Shown here piece after piece: positions 24,470 through 35,393 of a stretch of DNA of 64,000 nucleotides. Position numbers and translations under genes: made by a program. The notes under the pieces are model-generated. The model saw only the letters and a list, made by a program, of their open reading frames with translations, did not search any database and was not told the origin of the DNA. Source of the DNA: Dipteris shenzhenensis (Eukaryota); NCBI GenBank assembly GCA_047967505.1, contig CM106538.1; one strand, written 5' to 3'. Positions within the stretch are counted from its first letter, which is position 1. The number at the start of each line of letters is the position of its first letter.

Positions 24470-24905
24470 TACACCCTAAATCTTAAATCCTAAAGTTCCC
24501 TAAATCTTAGGTTATACAATCCAAGCTCTTAAACTTATATAACAATTATAATCCCTAAACCCTAAACCTTAAGCCCTAACCCCTATAACTTATTCTAAAA
24601 CCTAATTTTCAATTCTAAACCCTAGATTCTAGACTCTAAGTTCATGATCTTATATACTAAACCCTAAACCCTAAAACCTAAAACCTAAATCCTAAATCCT
24701 AAACCCTGAAACAATAATCATAAACCCTAAATGCTAAATCCTAAACCCTAAACCCTAGATTCTAAACCCTAAACCCTAAACCCTAAATCCTAAACCCTAA
24801 ACCTTAAAAACATAATCATAAACCTGAAACCCTAAACACTAAATCTTAAATCCTAAGCCCTAAATCCTTAACCCTAAATACTAAACCTTAAACCCTAACC
24901 CTAAA
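24470..24905 (+). repeat. Degenerate interstitial telomere-type array (CCCTAAA)n
   Basis: Many AAACCCT/AAATCCT heptamers. Confidence 0.9.
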
Positions 24906-24928
24906 ATACAAGCAAATTTTAATGATTT

Positions 24929-25438
24929 GATATATATCCCCCAAACTGTTGCAAGTGGAATAGGTTAATGGTGCACTCTATTGCAAAAATCAAGGAATTT
25001 TCTTGATTTGTGCAACAGGTTAGATATACCCCCCCAACCTGTTGCTCAAGCAACAGGTTGGGGGGTATTTGAGCAACAGGTTGGGGGGGTATATCTAACC
25101 TGTTGCACAAATCGAGAATTTTCTTGATTTGTGCAACAGATTGGATATACCCCCCAACCTATTGCTCAACAGGTTGGGAGATATATCCAACAATAGGCCT
25201 CGGTTGGGGTGACCCCAACCTATTGCTCGAGCAACAGGTTGGGGGTATATCCAACCTTGCACAAATCAAGAAAATTCTTGAGTTGTGCAACAGGTTGGAT
25301 ATATTCCCCAATTGTATATCAAATTGTTGCACAAATAAGAAAAATTCTTGATTTGTGCAACAGGTTGGATATATTCCCCAACCTGTTGCTCGAGCAACAG
25401 GTTGGGGGATATATCCAACCTGTTGCACAAATTAAAAA
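24929..25438. repeat. Palindromic core array built from AACCTGTTGC half-sites
   Basis: Alternating CCTGTTGCTCGAGCAACAGG and TTGCACAAATCAAG...CTTGATTTGTGCAA hairpins with GGATATATCCCC-type linkers. Confidence 0.9.
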
Positions 25439-25462
25439 AATTCATTAAATTTTGGTTGTATT

Positions 25463-25663
25463 TTAGGGTTAGGGTTTAGGGTTTAGGATTTAAGATTTAG
25501 GGTTTAGGATTTAGAGTTTAGGGTTTACGGTTTAGGGTTTATTGTTTAGGAGTTTAGGATTTAGTGTTTAGGGTTTAGGAAGTAAATGTTTAAAGTTTAG
25601 GATTTACGGTGGTTAAGATGTTTTGGTATTAATTATTTAAAGTTTAGGATGTAGGGTTTAGGT
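25463..25663 (+). repeat. Degenerate telomere-type array (TTTAGGG)n
   Basis: TTTAGGG/TTTAGGA heptamers, inverted relative to 24470-24905. Confidence 0.9.
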
Positions 25664-26325
25664 TTAATGCCTTCTCGCCTTCTCTGCTAGTTTTGATATA
25701 GAAGTTATTAAGTAATAATAAGCTCAATGATTATTTATTATGTTCATTTTGAGTTGCTAATCTATTTTTGTACATAAAACAAGTATTCACCCTAATAGAG
25801 GGTATGGATGTGGTGTTATATAAGAAGAATGAAGTGGTGGCTTTTGGACAAATTCATAGTCTAAGACGAAATTGTTCCAAAGACATACTTTCAAGATATC
25901 AAGAAAACTTATTTTGAGGGGAAAAAAGTAGAGATGTTATCTTGCTCCGGATAAGTTTTAGCAATTGGCAACTTTAAGGGCTATGCTTAGAGTTTTCTCT
26001 GTATAGTGGAGATAATTAAGTTGACTAGTGCAGGTGTCATTCAAAATGCAATGGATAGTACTTCACATTTAGACGTCCATAATACTACGTCTCAACTACA
26101 AGTTCATAGTACTTGTAAATGGGGGTTAGCTTTCTTGCCCAAGACAGTTTCCTTCAATGTCATGGAAGACACAATAGAATATTATCATAAGAAAAAGACT
26201 ATAACACAAATGGGATCCAAATTGATAAGAAGCTATAGTAGTAATCAAGAGTATCATAGTGGCATGCTCACAGGTATTGAGGACATTATAGTGACAGATG
26301 TTGATGTAGAAAAGGTTTCTTGTGT

Positions 26326-29300
26326 TCTAGGTGCTTGTTTCAAGCCATACAAGGCTTTCTTCAACCTACAAACAAACTCAGGATGAACAGCATGAACATA
26401 ACCTGGTGGCTGCTCCATAAAGACCTCTTCTTGCAAATCACCATGCAAGAAGGCATTCTTTACATCCATCTGATGTAAAGACCGTCCCTTTGATGCAGCC
26501 ATAGCAATGACTGCTCTTATGGTTGCCATCCTTGCAACCAGACTGAATGTTTCTTTATAATCAATGCCATATGTTTGTGCATACCCCTTGACAACTAATC
26601 TTGCCTTGTATGTGCTCACAGAACCATCTGCATTGTGCTTCACCTTATAAACCTACTTACAGCCAATTGCATTCTTGTCTTTAGGCAAAGGCACTAATTC
26701 CCATGTAGCATTTGCTTCCAAGGCATCCATTTCTTCATCCATGGCTTTCTCCCATTTTTCTTTTCCCATGGCTTGCTCAAAAGAAGTGGGTTCTGGTTCC
26801 TGTATTTCTTTGACCATATAGGCATAGTGGGTGGTTGTAAATCCATCATATTTCAGCCTATCCACAGGATACCTAGCTCTGGTAGACCTACACAAAATAG
26901 GCTCACTTCCATGTGCTCTCAAAACATCCCTGGTCTTCCTTACTCCAGGTGTAACAACAGAAGGAATACCCAACTCATCATCAATGCTCTGTTTTGAGCC
27001 ATTGGATTCACCATCCACATAAGAGTGATGTGCATTCACATCAAACATGGGCTGATCTACCTTCTCTTTTCCTTTTCGTGATACCTGCATACCACTATAT
27101 GCATTGCTTTGAGGAGATTCTCCTGATCTCAATCTGCCTGTCCATGGTGAAGTATGTGGACCACTGCTAGAGGACACTGCAAGTCCACTAATATTTTGTG
27201 ATTGCTACTGTGAATTCTGTGCAGCATTACCATTTTGTGCATCTACATCATCAATCACATTTACTGGTTTATACCAGCTGCTCATCTCATCAAAAACAAC
27301 ATCTCTGCTCACTGTAAACTTACGAGTAGAAGGGTTATAGCATCTATACCCTTTCTATTGCAGAGAATAACCAATAAAGATACACTTCTCAGCTTTTGGA
27401 TCCAACTTGGACCTCAACTCATCTGGCACATGAAAATTTCAAATGAGAAATATCTGGTTTCCTACTAGTATACATCTCCTCTAGCGTCATGCCATGTATT
27501 GCTGCAGTGGGAGTCCTGTTTATTATGTAAACTGCTGTAGTAACTGCTTCAGCCCAATAATAATCTGGTAAGTCTTTTTCATTTAGCATGGCCCGAGATA
27601 CCTCTCCAATATGCCTGTTTTTCCTTTTTGCAAGTCCATTTTGCTATGGGGTATGACTGCATGAATATTGCTGCTTTATGCCATGCTCCTGCAGGAACCT
27701 TGCAAACTCATTTGAGAGGTACTCTCCCCCTCCATCTGACCTTAGGCATTTTATTTGCAAGCCTGTTTCTTTTTCAACCATAGCTTTAAAAGCTTTGAAA
27801 TGCCCAAACACTTCACTTTTCTTTTTCATAAAATACACCCAAACTTTTCTGCCGTAGTTGTCAATAAAAGTGACAAAATAATGACAGCCTCCAATAGATG
27901 CAGCTTTAGTAGTCCACACATTAGAGTGGATTAATTCCAATGGCTTCTTACTCTCTTGGACATGTCTAGGAAATGGTTTCCTTGCGTGTTTTCCAAATTG
28001 ACAGGCTTCACATCCCTTATGCATTTCTGCAACCTTGAATTTAGGCAATTCTGCAACAATATTTTGGGCCTGCATTGATTTAAGTCGCTGTACATTAACA
28101 TGACCAATGCGTTTATGCCAGATATAAATATCTGCAACTACACCGGTCCCATGTGCAAACATTGTTGCACTCAATTCAGGCATGTCCACATCAAACGTAA
28201 ACATCCTGCCCTTCTTCTTTCCTTTTGCTATCAAGCGACTGTTATTTTTCATATCCTCAACAAAGCATCCATGAGGATTAAATCTGACCTACAAGCCCTG
28301 CTCAACCATTTGACCAACAGAAACCAGGTTCTTGGTAATATTCGGGACATGAAATACATCAGACAGGTATTTCTTGTTCCCATCCTACATAGACAAAGGA
28401 ATTTTACCAATCTACACAATAGGATGTGCAGTATCATCACCAGTCTCCACAAATCTTGGTCTTTCCATTTTCCTTGCATCTTGCATCCATTCTGCATGAC
28501 CTGTCATGTGGTTTAATGCAACTGAGTCAACATACCACACATCATTGCTTTCTTCTGCACTTGTCAAAGAATTGGTCATGTGTTGCACCATAAAAAGATG
28601 CTCATTTCTGTCATCACCCTGTCTACTAGAAGATGCATAATTCCCTTGCTACAATTTTCCATTCATGATGTCATTCTGCTTTTTATAGTAGTCTTTAGCC
28701 ATATGACCCATTTTACCATAGTAGTAGCATTCTACATTGTTGTTTGCATTTTGACCTCTCTGCCATCCACCATGACCTCTTTGGCTCCCCCTGCCTCTAG
28801 AGTTACCACATCCTCCTTCATAGGACTGGTTTTTTGAGTTTGCTGCATATTCTGATTTCTACCACGGCCTCTAGATCGGCCTGCTCTACCTTTGCCTCTA
28901 CCTCTTCCAGCATTTGAGTAGAAGATAGTTTCTTTTGAAGTTCCTCTTGAAGAAGATGCACCACCATTTCTCTGCTCTTCAAATATTAGAAGAGCAAACA
29001 ACTCCTCAAAATCAGGAAATTTTTCACGAATGGCAATGGATGTCCAGAACTGTGCATAATCCTTTCCTAGACCATTCAAGGTCACAGAAACTAAATCATC
29101 ATCTTCCACTGGCTACCCAATGGAAGCAAGTGCATCTGCAATTTTCTTCACCTTCATGTGGTAGTCATTGATGCTCATATTTTCTCTGCACATTGTGCAA
29201 CTCCTGCTTGAGCTGCATTTTCCTGGCTTGCGTATTTGTGTTGTACATTTTTGCCAAAGTATCCCATGCCTCCTTTGGCGTACTTGCATCCTAAATATGC

Positions 29301-30388
29301 ACAATCATAGAATCTGAAATACTGATAGTCAGCCAGTAGATAACTTTTCTGGCTCTCTCATGCCATCCTTTAAATGCCTGGATTTCCTGTTGAGAACATT
29401 AGGAAGAACTGGTTCTTCTTCATTTCTTGTAATGAACTCCCAATAGCCTTTTCCCATAAGGAAATTCGTCATTCTAAACTTCCATGCTTGGAAGTTGTTC
29501 TTGTCAAGCTTTTCAGTGACAATCTGTGAAAGCCATTACAGAACACTGCAAAATATTCTGTCATTGCAAAAAAACACAGCTTCTGCCTCACAAGGGCAAA
29601 TCTGCAAAACTGACGAAAGTGGTATTTGACCACACAGTCACTCCCTAGTGACGATTTTGCATCAACAGGCAATAAGGATGATTCTGTAACTCCCAATATC
29701 TCTGTGCACAGGCATATGATGCAATTTTTACGGCAACTTTTCACCGACCTGCAGAGCAGTGGTCGCATAGCAAAAACAGGGCCTTTTTCTCAGTGCTTGC
29801 GCAGAACTTCTGCCTTCAAAACGGGCCCCGAAATGGCCTTGAATCATATACTGCCCTTTCGCCACACCACTAAGGGTGTCTCAATCTGAGACAATGCACT
29901 CTTGCACTTTTCGGCTATGCTACCTGCAGAGATTTACTCCCAAACTCGAAAAAGGAAAGCAACACTGGTCCTCTTACCAGGACACCGCAAACTTGGTTTG
30001 CTTTCTTGAGCTCCTTACCACGAACCAGGCTCTGATACCATGTGAAGATAGTGGGAGAGAAGGAGTGAGTCTCACTTGCGGCTTTCTCACATACACAATG
30101 GGGGAATACACACACAGGTGGAGGCTGAAAACAGTTTTCCTCTTCTTAGTTGTGAAAGCCAAAAGAACTCTAGTACAAAGAAATAGAAGAACCCTATATG
30201 TGGGTCTTAAACCAAACTCAACTAAGGTGGCATACTAACTGAGCCATGAACTAGAGTACATAAGAATAGCTATCATCCAGCTATTATTCATGGGTGGTGT
30301 ACCAATCGCATCTGCAGCTAATAAGTCAGTGACATAAATGCACAACGGTCACCCTGGCATATCACGAGTGGAGATCGATATCTCAACA
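26326..30388 (-). mobile_element. Ty1/Copia family 1 copy C (5' LTR to mid-RT, truncated)
   Basis: LTR 30041-30388, perfect PBS at 30028-30040, then gag, protease, integrase and RT up to LYGLKQAPR. There is a short deletion near 27433 relative to copy A. Confidence 0.95.
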
Positions 30389-31280
30389 AGGAAGTCATCC
30401 AAGGTTTCATTGGATACTGTGATCGTGACTATGCAAGATATTCCTAAGACTAGGAGATCCACACACAAATATGCATTTTTCTTTAGACAAGGTGCTATAT
30501 CATGGTTGTAAAACAAGAAGCCAACTGTTTCTTTATCTACAAATGAATGAGAATATAGGGAACTCGTGACAGGTGCATGTAAGGCTATATGGCTCAGAAG
30601 ACTATTGCCATAAACAAATTACTTTGATGAGTCAAAGCCAACAAGATAATCAATTAGCTCAACCATTAGCCAAGAAGCTAGTATATCACTCCAGGACAAA
30701 GCACATTCATGTCAGAGAGCACTTTTAGAGAAAGAGTGTTACTTGGTGACATCACATTACAACATTGTAGAGAGCAAAGAGGATGTTGCAACAGATATAT
30801 TTACCAAACCACTTGGGAAATAGCTTTTTAAGAAACACTGACAAGATCTTGATTTGACATAGAGGAAGGACATTCTCGAACGTTGTGAAAAATATCTTTA
30901 CCAAGCCACTTGGAAAAAAGATTCTCGGGAAACATCGACAAGCTCTTGGTTTGACACAGAGGAAGGACATTCCCATTAAAGGAGTGTGATGTTCAGTCCT
31001 TGTTCCTTTCCCCATAATCATCATATTGAGGGAAGGCCTACTTCATGATGTCGATCTTGAGGGAAGGTGTTGAGGAATTAATCTCAACATCATATGTGCA
31101 TAGCACTAACACAAAGAGTGTAAAAGGCACAAGGGTTGGAAACCCTAAGTTCCCTATAGGGGTTTGTATATATTCATTATTTTCAACCAATCTAGTGTAA
31201 AATTATTCATTTTTTGTGTGCTCTCTAGTTGTTCCCTCTCTCATCATCTCCACTTTTCTCCTCTCCTTATTTGTTCAACA
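30389..31280 (+). mobile_element. Copia relic: degenerate RNase H, PPT and 3' LTR (31068-31280)
   Basis: Remnants of GYCDxDYA, RRST, GAISW, PTVSLST, AIWLRRLL and TKHI. There is a ~95-bp internal duplication near 30800-30970. GAGGGAAGG is followed by TGTTGA...TCAACA. Confidence 0.8.
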
Positions 31281-31284
31281 TTGG

Positions 31285-32322
31285 CGGGCAACACAAGCTC
31301 TTGCTAGAATCAAGAGATTTTATTTATTTAAGCAAAAAGTTGAGTTTCACTCAAGATGTTCTTGCTAGAATCAAGAGATTTTATTGATGTAAATAACAAT
31401 TAGAGTTTCACTCAATGTGTTGCTCAAGAAATAGATTAGAGAAAGGAACAACATGTTGCTTGAGCAAGAAGTTGGTATGCAATGCAACCTCTTGCTAGAA
31501 TCAAAATATTTAGCTAATTTGGGCAAAAAGTTGTAACACGTTGCTTGAGAAACTAGTTGTCTAAAACACACTATACAAATAAGCTATTGCTTGGACAATA
31601 GGTAGGGGTACAACACAACCTCTTGCTAGAATCAAGAAATTTTATTGATTTAAGTAATGTCAATTTGAGTTTCACTTAAGGTGTTGCTTAAGCAACAAGT
31701 TTCATGATACATAACATAGAGACAACATGTTACTTGGACAATAGGTCGGGTTTTATCACTACATCAAGAGATTTTGTTAATTAAGAAACAAGTAATGTTT
31801 CACTCTAAGGTGCTACTTGAGTATGTTATTGCAATATAACCTAACCTTAAATGACTAAATTTCTTGATTTGAGCAAGAAGCTATTTTGCACCCCAACCTA
31901 GCAACAGGTTGGGGCTTTGCCCAACTTGTTGCTCAAGCAACATATTGGGTGGAACAAAACCTATTGCTCAAATCAAGATATTTTACAAATTATTGCTTAT
32001 TCTTTAGGGTTTAGCTAGGGTTTAGGGTTTAAAATCCTAGGGTTAGGGGTTTAGCATCTAGCATCTATGGTCTAGGTTCTAGGTTATAGGGCCTAGGGTC
32101 TAGGGTCTAGGGTCTAGGTCTAGGGTTTAAAGTTTAGGTAGGGTCTAAAATTTAGAGTCTAGGGTCAAGGTTTTGAAATCTAGGGTTTAACATCTAAGGT
32201 ATAGGGTCTAGGCTTTGGGGTTTAAGGTCCAAGATCTAGGGTTTAGGGTTTAGGGTTTAGGTTTTAGAATCTAGGTTCTAGAGTTCTGGGTCTAGGGTCT
32301 AGGGTTTATGGTTAGGGGCTAG
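31285..32322 (+). repeat. Second, older palindromic core followed by a TTTAGGG/TCTAGGG array
   Basis: TTGCTAGAATCAAGAGATTTTATT.ATT units, GCAACAGGTTGGGG and CTTGTTGCTCAAGCAACA, then GGGTTTA/GGGTCTA heptamers from ~32003. Confidence 0.8.
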
Positions 32323-33563
32323 AGTAATTTCATACATATGCCTTGTAATAAACTTGGTAAGAAAATGTATTCATACTTCTAAAAGATAAAGAACTTGGCC
32401 ATGCCCATGAATTATTACATAAATAAGAATAGAAATTTGACTATTATGAAATTCAAAATGATGCTTAGGGGATGAGATTAATAGATCTCCTTGAATAGAG
32501 TGAGAAACTCATATAGTCATGATAACTAGGGAATAAAATTAATACATGTTCTTGAATAGTGTAAGATGAATTCATAGAGTGTAATGATTTATTAACCATC
32601 GAAGCAAAACATAGGATAAACTTACGTTATCTACAAGTCAAGGCTCATAAATGATAAAAGTAATATGGATGAGTATAAAGATATTTAAGATCATAAAGGC
32701 AAACAACTTATCATACTTGTTTCTCCTGAGATGGTTCCATTAAAGGAAATTGTTAAGCGTTCTTATTCTTAGATTATATACCTTGGAATTACTCTATAGT
32801 AGGTTATGAGCGATAATCTTTTACATTAAGAATAAGTAGACTTAAAGAATGTCATATTTAATAAATATCCATTTGTGTTATTTTATCTAGTGAGACATAG
32901 GCCTACTTAAAACCTAATATGAATCTCTTTTTTTTTTAACATGTAATTATTTCAAAGATCCACAATTAGTTTATGATTTTATTGCATATTATTATTTCTA
33001 ATGTTTTTTAAATTACATCAATTTAGAATTTTTTTTAATTTATAAATTTTATTGGAATTTATTTATTCTTATTTGATATTATGAATAATACAATGTAAAA
33101 AATATTATAAGAGAAGAGTATTAGTGATTTGCATAATCGACTACTTTAATAGTATTCAGATTTATTTATTTTCACACTCACCCATCCATGGTCCACTACG
33201 AGAGGCAAATCTGACCAGGGCCTATAATGTTTTAGTTTTAAATCAATATTATATCTATATATTTTATATAAGTAATTTAATAAATTTTAAATATACTAAA
33301 TGTACCATTTTTTAATGAATATATTAATTATAATTTATCATTATATCAACACATTTTAAATTTGTAAAGATAATATTATTCACATATTTTGTATAAATGA
33401 TTTTATGTATTTGTTCTTATATTCTTATATAAACACTACATATTCATATAGATTACATGATATATTTTACATCAACTATATGTTGTGGATGGATACGAGA
33501 TGTATAATTTTAACAATAGATTTGGTGTGTACAATCAAGATTTGGTGGATCCTATAGATTGGG

Positions 33564-34141
33564 GGAAAATAGAATTTATCCTAGGATGGAGAGCCTTTGC
33601 TAGTAATGTCATGACATTTGTTTAAACTTCCTCCTATTCATGAGAGTATTATTGTATGGCTTTAGTGCCTTGGAAAATAGAATTTGTACTAGGATGGAGA
33701 GTCTTTGCTAGTAATGTCATGACATTTGTTTAAACTTCCTGCTATTCTAACTTCGTTCATATTCTATGGCTTTAGTGCCTTGGAAAATAGAATTTGTACT
33801 AGGATGGAGAGCCTTTGCTAGTAATGTCATGACGTTTGTTTAAACTTCTTCCTATTCTAACTTCGTTCATGAGAGCATTATTGTATGGCTTTAGTGCCTT
33901 GGAAAATAGAATTTGTACTAGGATGGAGAGCCTTTGCTAGTAATGTCATGACATTTGTTTAAACTTCCTCCTATTCTAACTTCATTCATGAGAGCATTAT
34001 CGTATGGATTTAGTGCCTTGGAAAATAGAATTTGTACTAGGATGGAGTCTTTGCTAGTAATGTCATGACATTTGTTTAAACTTCCTCCTATTCTAACTTC
34101 ATTCATGAGAGCATTATTGTATGGCTTTAGTGCCTTGGAAA
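33564..34141 (+). repeat. ~110-120-bp minisatellite, 5 copies
   Basis: GGAAAATAGAATTTGTACTAGGATGGAGAG...TTTAGTGCCTT units near 33564, 33672, 33781, 33901 and 34020. Confidence 0.95.
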
Positions 34142-35393
34142 AAGTAAAAGATATTCAAATGCACTTAAAACTTTGTTTCTTGAGGTTCCAAAGTGTGCAT
34201 TGCATAGAAATGGTGTCTTGCAGGTGAAATCATTTCATCCAAGGGAGGGGGATGTCAATCAAAAAGATGTAGAACCACCATGACGTGTCTGCCATTGCGG
34301 CTCCATTTGTTGGTATATCAGGGATGCTAGTTCAGCATTAAGGTTTCTTGGGTTGGATCATAGCCGTTGAGGCTATTGTTGTAAGCTCTTTAAGCATGGA
34401 CCAAAGCAAGCTAATGGCATTCATTCTTGGTTGCCCAGGTTCTCTCCTTGTACTCATCGTCGTGTAGTGTCATTAAGTACAAAACTGGGGGAGACGCTGG
34501 ACACGAAGAATTATTATCTAGCAGAGGGTTCCTAGGTTGCTTCTACTCCCCACCAAATCACGTAAAAAATGCTTGCTACCCTGCTATCGGAACTGGTCCA
34601 ATCATGGTTAGGAGGAGCCACTCAAGGTCCTTTGGCACATCAAAAAAGATCACACTAGTCCTTTTCATCACAGAATCACAAAGGGATCCCTTGTATGCAG
34701 TCTGGCATCTGCAGTTGGAGTTCCACTTACAAAATCTATCATGGCCTAATTGTGTGGCATGACATGATCTTGCTAGCAAGCATCGACATTCAAGACTTAA
34801 AACCTTTTATGGCTTGTTTCTTGCATGGGAGGTTGGTCCTCAGCAGCTGCTCGATTCGAATGCAAATCACCATTACCTGGGCTTGCTGCCTGAAAGGTTG
34901 GAGAAGTGGAAACAATAGAGAAATTAAAACCATGAGCTGCCGTATTTAAATCATATGCTCCATCAACTGCATCATCTGAAGATAGATTACGGGTATCCAC
35001 GTCTTCTTGTGGGAGATTCAACATAACATATGGTTTGAATAAGGCAGCCCATGAAGCAACTTCTCTACGATATTCTCAAAACTTCTTCCCACTTTCACTA
35101 CAAGCTTCTCAACACAGCCCTTCTCCCAAAGAAGGCTGTCTTCTTCCCCTTGTTTCATTCTAACAATTGCCTGCCTCCATGTAATCCTTCATGGAAAGCT
35201 GCCCTTGAGGTATGGATGACAACATCTTCAAACAGCCCTTTGACATAGGGTAATATGCACCAAATTTTTCATTGGACGATTTGTGCCCACATAACCCATC
35301 TTCTTTGCATCAGCAAATGTTCTAGTGAGGCAGATTTTGAAGGAAATATGATTTACCATCCCAACCACAAAGGTATGCATAATACCATAGGTT

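Noticed and set aside
24929-25438. CRISPR-like array of palindromic repeats
   Set aside because: The context is eukaryotic, the linkers are themselves repeated rather than unique spacers, and there are no cas genes.
24470-25663. True telomere or telomere-fusion scar
   Set aside because: The arrays are degenerate and interstitial. The polarity is opposite to a head-to-head fusion (TTTAGGG then CCCTAAA).
25800-26325. Cargo ORF (26006..26386) next to the telomeric array
   Set aside because: No recognisable motif, and its 3' part is simply antisense Copia sequence.
34200-35250. Additional gene or exon downstream of the PPR gene
   Set aside because: Only short ORFs with no recognisable motif. 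It may be 3' UTR or decayed coding sequence, which cannot be supported here.
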